A stretch of DNA of 64,000 nucleotides from an uncultured bacterium (GCA_903846945.1 CAINCE010000073.1:13626-77625); one strand, 5' to 3'. Positions 27,367 through 38,036 are shown, counted from the first letter of the stretch. Program-made: numbers and translations. The notes: generated by a model not told the origin, from the sequence alone.

Positions 27367-28073
27367 GCACACGCTTAGGAATCGTTTTATACGATCCCTC
27401 TTATCATGCCGATCTAGAAGTTTGTTACGCTATCGGTCAGCATGACGAAGAGGAATAACATCTAGTGGTATTGCAAAAAAGCAATATTATTCCACCAGTT
27501 TCCTATCATTCGCTATTTCATTTTCAAATTACTTCCTTGATCTTACCGTCACTCCCGATCTCTCTAAAAGATCGGCTTCTGGTTACAAGGACATTTCTGG
27601 GAGCAAATGTGGTTAGCATTCACTCACAGCAGATGTCATTGCGACACTGTGTAGATATCGGACTATAGTCATCACTACCCGTCGGGAGTGACCTTTCTCA
27701 TAGATCTGGTTCGTTTGCAGGGAACCGTCACTATGTAAGCGATATCTGGCAAACAAGATAACAAATGGCTGTTGTCCTTCTCACTCTCTCCTCTTTACCA
27801 TGCTTAGCGGGGTCAAACCCGAGGCCATGGTGCCTGCCCAACATAGGGACTAGAGGTGAAAAGCAATCATTCACTATCTTCATTACTGTAAGGAACTATC
27901 GTTTCCGAACTTCATCTCATCTGGCATAATCATAACATTTATTAACTAGAATGTCAATACACAATGACACGGAACTGTGAGATGTCAGAATAGCCCGTGA
28001 CAAAGCCAGAATAATGGCTTATCCACACATTGTACTTGTCACAAATCCGTGACGATGATATGCTATATTCATC

Positions 28074-28853
28074 ATGTATGAACAAACACTTACAAATGCG
28101 GGGCTTTCAAAAGAGCAGGCATCCGTTTATCAGCTCCTCATGCAGGGAGGATTGACTCCTGCAGGCGTTATTAGCAAAAGGGCGGCCCTAAAGCGTGGTT
28201 TGACGTATAAAGTCCTAGAACAGCTCATAAATATGGGTTTAGTTCAGAAAAGGGACGATCTAGGCAAAATAACGCTATTTCAAGCATCTCATCCTGGCGT
28301 ATTGAGGAAACTTACTGAAACCAAGGCCGAGGAGGTAAAGAACGCCCAAGTATCATTGGAATCAGTGATGGGTAAGATGGTATCAGACTATAATTTGGTG
28401 ACGGGGAAGCCAAATGTGCAGTTTTTCGAAGGTTTGGAGGGGGTAAGGAGGGTATTGGATGATTCTCTGAGTGCTACTGGTGTGATCTATTCATATGCAG
28501 ATATTGAATCAATCGAGAAATATATACATGGGGTTAACGAAAAATACGTTGAAAAGCGTGATAAGTTCAATATCAAAAAGAAAGCAATAATACTAGATAC
28601 GCCATTTGCACGTGATTTTTTGAAAGATTACCATCGAGAAACTACTGATATCAAGCTTATCAAACATGATTCACCTCCATTTCATACAGTTATGCAGGTT
28701 TACGACAACAAGGTTAGTTATATTACGCTGTCTGAAAAGGAAATGATCGGTGTTATCATAGAAGACCCGCACATCTTTGAGATGCATAAATATCTGTTCG
28801 AATATTCTTGGGATAAGGCGGAATCATTGCCGAAACTAGATACTCCTAAATAA
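28074..28853 (+). CDS. TrmB-like HTH transcriptional regulator
   Basis: 259 aa; LSKEQASVYQLLMQGGLTPAGVISKRAALKRGLTYKVLEQLINMGLVQK; paralog of 18578..19351. Confidence 0.6.
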   Translation: MYEQTLTNAGLSKEQASVYQLLMQGGLTPAGVISKRAALKRGLTYKVLEQLINMGLVQKRDDLGKITLFQASHPGVLRKLTETKAEEVKNAQVSLESVMGKMVSDYNLVTGKPNVQFFEGLEGVRRVLDDSLSATGVIYSYADIESIEKYIHGVNEKYVEKRDKFNIKKKAIILDTPFARDFLKDYHRETTDIKLIKHDSPPFHTVMQVYDNKVSYITLSEKEMIGVIIEDPHIFEMHKYLFEYSWDKAESLPKLDTPK

Positions 28854-31698
28854 TGATAGCGTGTCGGGTCTCTATCATTTGAGGGAGTTGAAAATCATTC
28901 CTGTATCGTTCCAGTTTCTCGCCCAATTTCTCTACAACCAATATAACCAGCTCTTCACTACCTGTTGTTTTCTCTCTGAACATTCTGGTTACCGCATAAC
29001 CTTCTCCAAAGGAAGCGAGGTTTAATGTATAAGACTTGTAATCTGACGCCGTGGTTGCGTATACCATCGCATCTTCTGGGTTGTCAGAAAGGCCCAGTGT
29101 CTCCCAGGAATTCATCACCATATGATCTAGTATGTATGATTCGTCCAGAGATTTTGTTACTAACTCATTGTTTATGGAGTCATTCCTCACAATATCCCAA
29201 CATGCTATCTCATCTAGGGGGTATTCGTTGTATGCGATAAATCCCTTCTCAATGTATTTTGCAGCTATCTTGGTGTTTCTGTCACATTCAGCTTTGACGA
29301 TATGCATGACAGCGTAATCATCTAGAGTTTCCTCTAGCATTTGTTCGCCAACTTTGCGACCATTAAAATCTGGATCGATATTAAATTTACCAAAATGAAC
29401 ACTTCCATCATCTTCGAATTCAAAGACACAATATCCTATCGGTTGCCCATCGAATTCGGCGACATGAAATATGGTCCTAGTATTCTTTCTCGAAACTTCT
29501 AGTCCGGCTAGCAACCTTTTCAGTAGCTTAGGTTTGTCTTGGTAGTTTTTCTTGTAAAGATTTCGGATTGCTTTCACAAATTCCGCGCTGTTGGTTTCGT
29601 TGTCTCCACCCTGGTATTGGATATTCTTGATAAATGGCATCTCGTTCATATTGGCGATATCGAATGAGCCGCGGCTAGCTTTAAGTATGGTTTGAACAAC
29701 TATTGCCTCAGGTTTGATATTTTCGATATATTCACGGATTGCTTCTGGAGTAGATACATTTTCAGATGCTATTTTACTAATGATAGTGTCGACTTGAGCT
29801 AGGATGAGTTTCTTTGCTTGAGGAATGACGGTTTTTTTGATAACAACATCATTTGGCTCCAAGATTTCTTCTTCCTCATATGTTTTAGATCTTTCATAGA
29901 TATCATCAAACTCATCATCTAGGCGTGATATATATGATGATATACTGGCCAATAACTCCAATATCTGATGAGAATCAATACCGTCAGGCAAGTTAGATAT
30001 TACATCGAGTGTCTTTGTGGCAACTACAGGATCAGTCTCATAGTAACGAAGAAATACTTTTAAGCCAGATTCACCATGAGTCTTTGCTAGATTTAGGAGT
30101 TTATCTTCGGATACCTGCTCCAATTCATTGAGTATGATGAGTAAGGCGCCTTGTTCCTTGAATGAGAAGTTGTTTAGTCGTATGTCACCTGAGAATATAT
30201 CGCTATCGGAAATATTGAAGTAGTGCTTTTTGAATTCTTCTAAATATCGTTCTCGTTGCCTCTTTTCATCTTCTGTCTCACCTGTATGTGGTCTGAAAAG
30301 AGTATTATATGTAAAATCGAGCACATCCGCCTTGATGTTTTTCTCTGTTTCAGAAAGATTTCCGACATCAAAATATTTCAATAATTCTAGATCTTGATTG
30401 AACACACCGATCTCTCCACTGGTAGATAATCTTTGAACGAAGTAGTCTGGGTTATTGAGTGCTCCTAGGTCGTACATCTTGTTCAGATACTCGACACCTT
30501 CAGTCGAAACTCCTATTCTCTTGAATTCGACTCTATATAATATAGCTGCTATAGCTGTTTTATCATTGTTATCGTTCACGTGCTCCATCAATTTCACTGA
30601 AGCATATTGTCCGTCAATAGCGCTTAGCGCGTCAGCTACTGAGTTTGCAAAGATAGGATTTAGATTCTTTGACCAGAAGTCAACTACGAGGTCGACATCG
30701 TCGTGGTCACCGCTCGTGCCGAGGTATCTATATTGGTCCAATACCGCCAGCATTATTCTATGGAAAGGGTATTCTTCTATATGCTCGAAACTGATATAAT
30801 CCTGCGTATCATTCATTTCATATTCAAAGACTGATTGAGCTGAATTGTATGCAGCACTTGGTTGATATGTTTTAAAGAGCATCGAGTGTGCTGCATTGAA
30901 GTAATCTGACTTTGATAATCTCCTTTTAGAGTTATCTTCTGATACGCTTTCTCTGGTGAAGCTTGAATTATTGGCTTCGAGAAAGACCAGTGACTCTTGC
31001 AAGTATGCGAGACATAGACTGAGTAACTTTTTCCGAGATTGAGTATCTAGTGTTCTGTATTCATCATTATCGAACAAGTCGCGTGTTTGCAGAATTTCGC
31101 TTAAGCCTACAGGATTCGAACTTGCCTTATCAATGGCATTCGATATATTATTTGACGCCATACCAAATGAAGCGATTTCATCAAGAAGGTTTGTGCCATT
31201 GGATAGTAAATGTTTTGGGGCTTCGATTCTTCTCTTGTTTATCTTTTGCCACGGATTGAGGGTAGTTTGATTTGATGAGTCTTTTGTGGATAAAAAAACT
31301 CTATGTGCGGCCATACTCCAAACTGAAAATTCCTCGGTAGTTTGCGGACCTATATTGCTGGAAATCAATACCCGAAAGGCTTCTAAGTCGTCAGGATATG
31401 TGTCAAAGTACAGATCCGCATCACTAGGACTTACAGAAATGTTGCGAGATGACAGACCAAAAAAAGCCATTCTTTTTCCCGGTGACATAGAGCCCAGGTT
31501 GTCGAGGTTATCGGGAGAGAAAAATGTCAGTGGATTGTTCCCATATTCTTTTTTCCATTCTGCATAAGTGGCAACGTTGTTATTCTCTCGTTCGAACTCA
31601 TCTATAGGATCGCATAATGACTCTTGGGAAAACTGAGTGGCATTGTTATTTGTAGTATTCTGTTCTTCGGTCACTGGTATTGATTCAAATTTCATCAT
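28846..31698 (-). CDS. large hypothetical protein with GNAT-like C-terminal region
   Basis: About 950 aa; C-terminal GYCVFEFEDDGSVHFGKFNIDPDFNGRKVGEQMLEETLDDYAVMHIV resembles an acetyltransferase fold (low confidence); start taken at the MMKFES tandem Met. Confidence 0.45.
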   Translation of the reverse strand: MMKFESIPVTEEQNTTNNNATQFSQESLCDPIDEFERENNNVATYAEWKKEYGNNPLTFFSPDNLDNLGSMSPGKRMAFFGLSSRNISVSPSDADLYFDTYPDDLEAFRVLISSNIGPQTTEEFSVWSMAAHRVFLSTKDSSNQTTLNPWQKINKRRIEAPKHLLSNGTNLLDEIASFGMASNNISNAIDKASSNPVGLSEILQTRDLFDNDEYRTLDTQSRKKLLSLCLAYLQESLVFLEANNSSFTRESVSEDNSKRRLSKSDYFNAAHSMLFKTYQPSAAYNSAQSVFEYEMNDTQDYISFEHIEEYPFHRIMLAVLDQYRYLGTSGDHDDVDLVVDFWSKNLNPIFANSVADALSAIDGQYASVKLMEHVNDNNDKTAIAAILYRVEFKRIGVSTEGVEYLNKMYDLGALNNPDYFVQRLSTSGEIGVFNQDLELLKYFDVGNLSETEKNIKADVLDFTYNTLFRPHTGETEDEKRQRERYLEEFKKHYFNISDSDIFSGDIRLNNFSFKEQGALLIILNELEQVSEDKLLNLAKTHGESGLKVFLRYYETDPVVATKTLDVISNLPDGIDSHQILELLASISSYISRLDDEFDDIYERSKTYEEEEILEPNDVVIKKTVIPQAKKLILAQVDTIISKIASENVSTPEAIREYIENIKPEAIVVQTILKASRGSFDIANMNEMPFIKNIQYQGGDNETNSAEFVKAIRNLYKKNYQDKPKLLKRLLAGLEVSRKNTRTIFHVAEFDGQPIGYCVFEFEDDGSVHFGKFNIDPDFNGRKVGEQMLEETLDDYAVMHIVKAECDRNTKIAAKYIEKGFIAYNEYPLDEIACWDIVRNDSINNELVTKSLDESYILDHMVMNSWETLGLSDNPEDAMVYATTASDYKSYTLNLASFGEGYAVTRMFREKTTGSEELVILVVEKLGEKLERYRNDFQLPQMIETRHAIII

Positions 31699-31781
31699 AG
31701 TTATATAATAGCTATAAATATGAAAAATGACCACTAGGGTCATTTTTCATTGAGTGCACTATTGATTTTACTTTACAAATC

Positions 31782-33311
31782 CTACCTCGCGAACTCCATC
31801 GTCCTGGTCTCACGGATGACGATAACCTTGATCTCACCTGGATACTTGAGGTCTTTCTCTATCTTTATGGCGATATTACGGGCGAGCTCCTTGGCGGCGA
31901 CGTCATTGATCTCCTCCGGCTTGACGAAGACGCGTATCTCGCGACCGGCTTGGAGAGCGTATGACTTTTCGATACCTGGGAAGCTATTTGCAGTAGCTTC
32001 GAGGTCACCGAGGCGTTTTAGGTAGTTCTCTATGTTGTCGCGTCGTGCACCAGGTCTAGCGCCAGAGATGGCGTCAGCGGTCTGGACGATGCGGGACTCG
32101 ATAGTCTCGTAAGGATATTCTTCGTGGTGAGACTGCATAGCCTTCACTATCTCCTCCGAAGCACCGAACTTTTGCAGTATTCTGCGGCCAATATCGACAT
32201 GTGTACCTGCGACCTCGTGATCTAGAGCCTTACCTAGGTCATGGAGTAGGGCACCAGCTTTGGCGACCTGAACATTTGCACCGAGTTCTTCGGCGATCAT
32301 CCCTGCGATATGTGACATCTCTACTGAGTGTTGCAATACATTCTGACCATAACTAGTACGGAAATGTAGGCGACCGAGGATGAGTAATATCCTAGGATCT
32401 AGTCCGATGACTCCGCACTCATATGCGGCTGCTTCACCCTTTTCCTTGATAGTTTTGTTGATGTCCTGCTTGGCTTTCTCTACTACTTGCTCTATCTTTG
32501 CTGGCTGTATACGGCCATCTTTGATGAGTTCTAGCAATGCGAGTCTAGCAACATGACGGCGTACTGGATCGAATGATGAGATAGTGATCGCGCCAGGTGT
32601 GTCATCAACCATCACTTCAACGCCGGTGATGCGCTCAAATGCCTTGATATTGCGACCTTCTTTGCCGATGATCTTGCCCTTCACATCGTCACTAGGTATT
32701 TCGACTATCGTCGACATAACATCCTGAGCAACAGAAGATGCGAGACGCTGGATAGAGATGGCGAGGATATCTCGAGCTCTATTTTCGAGCATGTCTTCAC
32801 CTTTGGTCTCTAGCTTGTTCATGCGTATCAGTATGTCTTCCTCAGACTGCTTCTCGACAAGCTCGATGAGCTGGTCCTTGGCTTCTTCGGCTGACAATCT
32901 GGCGATCTTCTCGAGCTCGTGTTTGCGATCTTCTTCCATCTTGTCTGCTTTCTCACGAATAGCCTTTATCTCAGCCACGCGCGTCTTTATCATCTCGACT
33001 TCTTTGTCGATGTCTGACTGCCTACGATCGAGGATATCCTCGCGTTTTACGAGACGGTCCTCACTCTGATGTATCTTGTCTTCTTTCTCTTTTATCTCTT
33101 TCCTGGCTTCTTCGGCAACTTGGGAGGCTTTGGTTTCTGCTTCGGCGGTGATCTTCTTGGACTCTTCTTTGGCGGCGAGGAGCATCTCCTTGATCTCGAG
33201 CTCCATCGAACCTTTCTTTCCAAGCGATATGATCAACCTGAGATAGTAACCAATAGCGACACCAGCTACTCCGGCAAGAGCGAGGAATATGGCTGCTAAT
33301 TTTAGTGACAT
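31782..33311 (-). CDS. rny: ribonuclease Y
   Basis: 509 aa; N-terminal TM helix, coiled coil, KH domain and HD domain (LLHDLGKA). Confidence 0.9.
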   Translation of the reverse strand: MSLKLAAIFLALAGVAGVAIGYYLRLIISLGKKGSMELEIKEMLLAAKEESKKITAEAETKASQVAEEARKEIKEKEDKIHQSEDRLVKREDILDRRQSDIDKEVEMIKTRVAEIKAIREKADKMEEDRKHELEKIARLSAEEAKDQLIELVEKQSEEDILIRMNKLETKGEDMLENRARDILAISIQRLASSVAQDVMSTIVEIPSDDVKGKIIGKEGRNIKAFERITGVEVMVDDTPGAITISSFDPVRRHVARLALLELIKDGRIQPAKIEQVVEKAKQDINKTIKEKGEAAAYECGVIGLDPRILLILGRLHFRTSYGQNVLQHSVEMSHIAGMIAEELGANVQVAKAGALLHDLGKALDHEVAGTHVDIGRRILQKFGASEEIVKAMQSHHEEYPYETIESRIVQTADAISGARPGARRDNIENYLKRLGDLEATANSFPGIEKSYALQAGREIRVFVKPEEINDVAAKELARNIAIKIEKDLKYPGEIKVIVIRETRTMEFAR

Positions 33312-33549
33312 ATGCGGGTTGGATCCGCCCGTTCAGAGACTATGGTGAAATAATAGGGTTATGAGTCTTTTTTGGTGTTTGTAACTGGTTCTGAATCATA
33401 AGTTTTCGTTCACAAAGCATTAGAAAGGGTGAATCAAAATTTAATTGGTAACATAGGCATCATACAACAGAAGTGATGGTTTGCGCAAGTTTTGCGCAAG
33501 GGAAGGTTAAGTCTAAGTAAGTTCAATGGCAGATTTCAAGATCGTAAAG

Positions 33550-33789
33550 CTAATTGTAAGTATTATCATCTCTCCGGACTATTTTATCCAATCTCGGGTG
33601 TCCATTTGTGTCGAAAAAGAAAAGAATACGAGTTTTACCAACTCGAGCACGATAATAGTTGTTATAACCCTTGAGTTTCTTGATGTCTAGGTTGTCTGTG
33701 TCTCCACCTTCGATCTTAGCCAATATTTCTAGAATAGAAGACCTCTCCTTTGGTAGAAGTTTGTCCAAGTACTTGTCGATCTTATTCAT
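33550..33789 (-). CDS. RelE/ParE-family toxin, putative
   Basis: 79 aa; YYRARVGKTRILFFFDTNGHPRLDKIVRRDD; overlaps the upstream partner by 4 nt. Confidence 0.55.
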   Translation of the reverse strand: MNKIDKYLDKLLPKERSSILEILAKIEGGDTDNLDIKKLKGYNNYYRARVGKTRILFFFDTNGHPRLDKIVRRDDNTYN

Positions 33790-34043
33790 TTTGACTTTTT
33801 TAGATGTTTAATCAACTCAGACATTAAAATCCCACCTTTTTTACTGTAGTTAGAGAAATCAGCTACAGTCTCCCAAGTCCCGTCGTCGCCCCACTCATCT
33901 ATCGGTTCTAGTTTGAATACGGGGCTGGATTTGCGTACTACGGTAAAAGAATGACCTTTATGTATCAGTTTTATGTATTTCTCGATATTTAGCCGTAAAT
34001 CTTTTAGACCTATGATGTTTGATTGTTTTGTTTGGGTAGTCAT
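33786..34043 (-). CDS. antitoxin partner, putative
   Basis: 85-aa ORF immediately upstream of the toxin with a 4-bp overlap. Confidence 0.45.
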   Translation of the reverse strand: MTTQTKQSNIIGLKDLRLNIEKYIKLIHKGHSFTVVRKSSPVFKLEPIDEWGDDGTWETVADFSNYSKKGGILMSELIKHLKKSK

Positions 34044-34099
34044 GTATGAAGTTTATCTTAAGGTAAACTTGGAGTCAAGGGTTTGTGCATAGCTAGTAA

Positions 34100-34260
34100 G
34101 AGCCCATCCACCATCTTCCCCCTGCCATATAAAGCCTTATTTTTGGCTACAAAACTGCGCTTCGTTCTCGCCATAATTCATTATGGCTCGAACTCCAGCT
34201 TGTTTTTCGCCTAAAAATAAAGCTTTCCTGGTAGGGTACCACGAGATGGTGGATGGGCTC
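34100..34260. mobile_element. 161-bp MITE-like element, copy 1
   Basis: 17-bp perfect terminal inverted repeat GAGCCCATCCACCATCT / AGATGGTGGATGGGCTC; flanked by TAA (34097..34099) and TAA (34261..34263); 98% identical to 50756..50916. Confidence 0.7.
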
Positions 34261-34307
34261 TAAGAAAAATTGCTTTTCTATACAGCTATATTATACTTGT
34301 AACCCAT

Positions 34308-34856
34308 ATGAAAGAGCGATTTGCTACAAAATTTGCAGGTTTACCGAAATACGCAGTCGGATTTGCTGGGACTATGTTATTTAGACTCATATCTCCTTTC
34401 TTGGGAATGTGGAATGTTTCACCACTCATGGCTACGGAGATCGCTGGCTCGAAGGCATACGGACCTTGGGTTGGAGGATTGTATGGGGCACTCAGTATAG
34501 TGCTTCTCGATATCATCGTTGGAAGAGTTGGGACATGGACTATAGTTACGGGATTAACTTATGGGGCTGTCGGGATATGGAGTGCGTATTTCATGAAGGA
34601 CCGTTCTGCATCTGCTCGCAACTTTGTACTAGCGAGCATCGTCGGCACTCTATCTTTCGACCTTATCACTGGAGTCCTGATGGGACCGATATTCTACGGT
34701 CAACCTTGGATGTCGGCGATCATCGGTCAGGTACCATTTACATTGAGGCATCTAGTGGGGAACATAGCATTCGCTAGCATGCTCGCCCCTTGGTTCTATA
34801 GGAAGATCATGACAAACCCACGATGGGAGTTGTCTAGGGTGTTCAGGTTTGTATAG
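34308..34856 (+). CDS. ECF-transporter S-component-like membrane protein
   Basis: 182 aa with about 5-6 TM helices; family assignment by general resemblance only. Confidence 0.45.
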   Translation: MKERFATKFAGLPKYAVGFAGTMLFRLISPFLGMWNVSPLMATEIAGSKAYGPWVGGLYGALSIVLLDIIVGRVGTWTIVTGLTYGAVGIWSAYFMKDRSASARNFVLASIVGTLSFDLITGVLMGPIFYGQPWMSAIIGQVPFTLRHLVGNIAFASMLAPWFYRKIMTNPRWELSRVFRFV

Positions 34857-35133
34857 TTTAGATTGGGGCTGAGTATTTCTGTCGACCTAAATATCGTTGA
34901 GCAAATATTCTTTGTGTAAATGCCAGCGTTGGTATTACTCGGAAGTGCTTGCAATAAAGCACCACCTAATGTATATTGTGTCAATAAGAAACCAAAGGTG
35001 CCTGTGATATAGTAGAAATATAGAAATGGCCGCGATAAATATATTAATAGATTAATCTAACATTCTTGTGTCGTCATCATCTACCGATCGTGTAGGGAAA
35101 GATGGCGTAGTTCAGGAATGACAATACAAACCC

Positions 35134-35718
35134 ATGTTAATACCAACAGTCATAGAAAAATCATCATTCGGCGAACGAGCATACGACATATATTCGCGCC
35201 TACTTCGAGACAATATAATATTCCTCGGTGGTCCTATCGACGACCACATGGCGAACCTCATCATCGCTCAACTATTGTTCCTCCAATCCGAAGATCCAAA
35301 GAAAGAGATCCAGCTCTATGTAAATTCTCCTGGAGGATCAGTCACGGCAACTCTCGCTATCATCGACACGATGCAACATATCAAGAATGATATCTCGACA
35401 GTCTGTGTCGGTATCGCAGCATCAGGTGCAGCACTAGTTCTCTCGGCTGGAACGAAAGGGAAGCGCCTCGCGTTACCTAACTCTGAAGTGATGATCCATC
35501 AGCCTATAGGGGGTGCAGAAGGTCAGGCATCAGATATCGAGATCAGTGCAAAACATATTTTGAAAATGAGATCAGCTCTAAACAAGATGCTCGCCAAAAA
35601 TACTGGTCAGCTATTATCAAAGATCGAGAAAGATGTTGACCGCGACTTCTTCATGGATGCAGAAGAGGCGAAGAAGTACGGAGTGATCGATCAAGTGGTT
35701 ACAGGAAAGAAATTGTAA
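35134..35718 (+). CDS. clpP: ATP-dependent Clp protease proteolytic subunit
   Basis: 194 aa; [20 protein letters not shown] and MIHQP catalytic triad context. Confidence 0.95.
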   Translation: MLIPTVIEKSSFGERAYDIYSRLLRDNIIFLGGPIDDHMANLIIAQLLFLQSEDPKKEIQLYVNSPGGSVTATLAIIDTMQHIKNDISTVCVGIAASGAALVLSAGTKGKRLALPNSEVMIHQPIGGAEGQASDIEISAKHILKMRSALNKMLAKNTGQLLSKIEKDVDRDFFMDAEEAKKYGVIDQVVTGKKL

Positions 35719-35785
35719 TAACCAATAACCAATAACCAAAAAGTCTCTGGTTATTGATGTTTGGTTATTGGAGCGATCTAATTAC

Positions 35786-36583
35786 ATGAGGTTACACAGA
35801 TTCCATATTCAAAGTCCGATCGAAGTTGGCAGAGAATTGACCATCAGTTCTCCCGAACTCATCAGTCAACTAACAAAAGTATTCCGAATGAGAGTTGGCG
35901 ACCATCTCATCGTCTTCAATGGAACAGGTTTTGACTATGAGTGCAAGATTGACAATATAAATAGAAGGAGTACTATAGTTAGCAATAGTGTTATCAGCTT
36001 AACGGTCCTCGATTCGCAACGCAATAATTTTTCACAAGTGCAGAAGCTTTTTTTGGGCGCAGCAGTTATCAAGAAAGATCACTTCGAATGGATCGTAGAG
36101 AAGGCGACAGAGCTCGGAGTTACAGATATCGTTCCCATAGCTGCAGAGAGGAGTGAGAAGAAAGCTTTGAACGAAGAACGCTTGAGGAAGATCGCGGTCG
36201 AAGCGAGTGAACAGTCTGGGCGCGACACTACTCCCATGGTGTGGCCGATCATGGAATCGGAGAGTGCTGTCTCATTGTTAAAAAAAGAAAATCCTGGAGT
36301 AAAGATATTTGTGTTTCATACTTGTATAGGTCAGACCTCTACAGAGGGTGAAAGTCGCAGCGGTGAGGCGGGTAGTGACATTCGTATGTTTAGGTCAAAC
36401 CTCGACACCTTGCATAGGTCAGACCTATGCACAGCTGTTTTCATAGGACCAGAAGGTGGTTGGTCTCCAGCTGAGATAGGGATGTTTCACAGAGAGGGGG
36501 CGGAGGTAGTCTGCCTCGGTCCTCAGGTATTGCGCGCTGAAACGGCCGTAGTTGCTGCCCTATCGGTGGTAGTATTCGGGTAA
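35786..36583 (+). CDS. rsmE: 16S rRNA (uracil1498-N3)-methyltransferase RsmE
   Basis: MRLHRFHIQSPIEVG...LTKVFRMRVGDHLIVFNGTGFDYECKI...GPEGGWSPAEI; carries a roughly 40-aa in-frame insert flanked by ATAGGTCAGACCT direct repeats. Confidence 0.75.
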   Translation: MRLHRFHIQSPIEVGRELTISSPELISQLTKVFRMRVGDHLIVFNGTGFDYECKIDNINRRSTIVSNSVISLTVLDSQRNNFSQVQKLFLGAAVIKKDHFEWIVEKATELGVTDIVPIAAERSEKKALNEERLRKIAVEASEQSGRDTTPMVWPIMESESAVSLLKKENPGVKIFVFHTCIGQTSTEGESRSGEAGSDIRMFRSNLDTLHRSDLCTAVFIGPEGGWSPAEIGMFHREGAEVVCLGPQVLRAETAVVAALSVVVFG

Positions 36584-36873
36584 TCAGACGTTTCATCTGC
36601 GATAGATTTCACACAGAAAATACTAATCATTACAGCGCTAAATTGCGCTATTGACACATATGTCGTTTGGGTGTATAATACAGGCAGTATTTAGGTCCTT
36701 GAAATGTAAGGAATCAGATGCGAAATTGAGGCCATAAATATTATTAGTTGAGATAATACTAAATATGTTAGTCGCTTCAACTTCGCGTCTGATTACACAC
36801 TGATAAGCTCTCTGGTTTTCCACGCGGTGGAGACGAAGAGATGACACAGTCACTATGATGATGCGAGTATGTT

Positions 36874-37626
36874 ATGAATGCAAATATTGCAACACCAGGC
36901 ATGTGCCTGTCAGCGGGTGCGCGGTTCGCGACGAAACTTGGTTCGATCAGTGCTTCACATGATCTTGTGGACGCATTTCTGAAAGAGGGTGACAGTCACT
37001 CCTTCTACCAGGTTATCCTCGAACACTTCACTCCCAAGGCATCGAAGACCCAGTCACTCACACCGTGGGTTGCTGCGGCACTCGCGAATTGGGGAGACTT
37101 CTACCAGAAGTTCTTCGGTATCGACCTTGATGTGACGGCCATCCGTATTCCCGAGAAGGTGGACGGCTTCGACCGCCTGATCGTGGTCGCGAAGGGGATT
37201 CGTCTCAATCAAGTTTGGAATGCTCACGAAGAGCGTGAGATCCGAACCTGGAAGTGGTGGAGTGGCTCACTCGAGAAGGCGATGCAGGAATCTGAACGCG
37301 GTCCCGTGAAAGAGAGTTACGCATTCTGGGTTCGCGATGTTCAAGAAGCTGATGAGGAGAATAAGAATCTCTCTGCTCAGATGATCGCCGACAGCCCGAA
37401 AAAGATCGACACCGAGACTCTGCTCGAGAGGCTCGTACATGGACTCAAGTTCTGGGACGAGATAGAGAAGCAACTCGATGTGAATAACATCACGTTGTGC
37501 GCCTCGTCGCGCTGTGCCGATGGCGATGTGCCGCGGGTCTGTTGGGACGTCGGCGACGTGAACGTCGGCAGGTACGGTCCTTCGCTTCGCGATCCGGACT
37601 TGCGTGCCCGTCAGGCAGTTCGGTAG
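36874..37626 (+). CDS. DGR target (variable) protein with C-terminal C-type-lectin-like variable region
   Basis: 250 aa, GC-rich; C-terminus CADGDVPRVCWDVGDVNVGRYGPSLRDPDLRARQ is encoded by the VR; the TR-encoded NWNDDNVNVNRYNPSNRNPNLRARQ resembles CLec-fold DGR variable regions. Confidence 0.7.
   Translation: MNANIATPGMCLSAGARFATKLGSISASHDLVDAFLKEGDSHSFYQVILEHFTPKASKTQSLTPWVAAALANWGDFYQKFFGIDLDVTAIRIPEKVDGFDRLIVVAKGIRLNQVWNAHEEREIRTWKWWSGSLEKAMQESERGPVKESYAFWVRDVQEADEENKNLSAQMIADSPKKIDTETLLERLVHGLKFWDEIEKQLDVNNITLCASSRCADGDVPRVCWDVGDVNVGRYGPSLRDPDLRARQAVR
37506..37616 (+). repeat. DGR variable repeat (VR)
   Basis: 111 bp homologous to TR 37867..37977; about 20 mismatches, every one where TR has A and VR has G/C/T. 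Confidence 0.85.
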
Positions 37627-37658
37627 CGGTGTCCTTACACCTTGTTCCTTTTTCACTC

Positions 37659-37682
37659 GGCACAGAGACTTGTCTCTGTGCC
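37659..37682 (+). promoter_or_regulatory. GC-rich hairpin GGCACAGAGAC-TTG-TCTCTGTGCC downstream of VR
   Basis: 11-bp perfect stem about 43 nt 3' of the VR; DGR target sites commonly carry such a hairpin. Confidence 0.5.
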
Positions 37683-37866
37683 GACTTTTCGTATACAATA
37701 CTTCTGGTTATGAAATTTGTTGTCACATTGATGACGATAACAATTTACCAAACTTAGAAACTGCCTGTCTCCATTTATACTACGATCAAAGTACCCCGAG
37801 TTTGACACAGAGAACTTTGGTGGAAGAGGAAGGTTCTCGGAGATGTGGACGAAAGGAGACAGAATG

Positions 37867-37977
37867 GTCGCGCTATGCCGATGGCAATGTGCCGAAGGTC
37901 AATTGGAACGACGACAACGTGAACGTCAACAGGTACAATCCTTCGAATCGCAATCCGAACTTGCGTGCCCGTCAGAA
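37867..37977 (+). repeat. DGR template repeat (TR)
   Basis: A-rich copy of the VR; followed by hairpin GGAGTCT-TTATTTAA-AGACTCC plus TTTT (37986..38012). Confidence 0.85.
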
Positions 37978-38036
37978 GTTTCTCGCATTTATAGAGGAGT
38001 CTTTATTTAAGAGACTCCTTTTGCGTATAGATGCCG

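Noticed and set aside
34100-34260. Riboswitch, 6S RNA or SRP RNA in front of the ECF S-component gene
   Set aside because: A second 98%-identical copy sits inside the dinD 3' end at 50756..50916. Both copies have a 17-bp TIR and 3-bp flanking duplications, which fits a MITE better than a cis-regulatory RNA.
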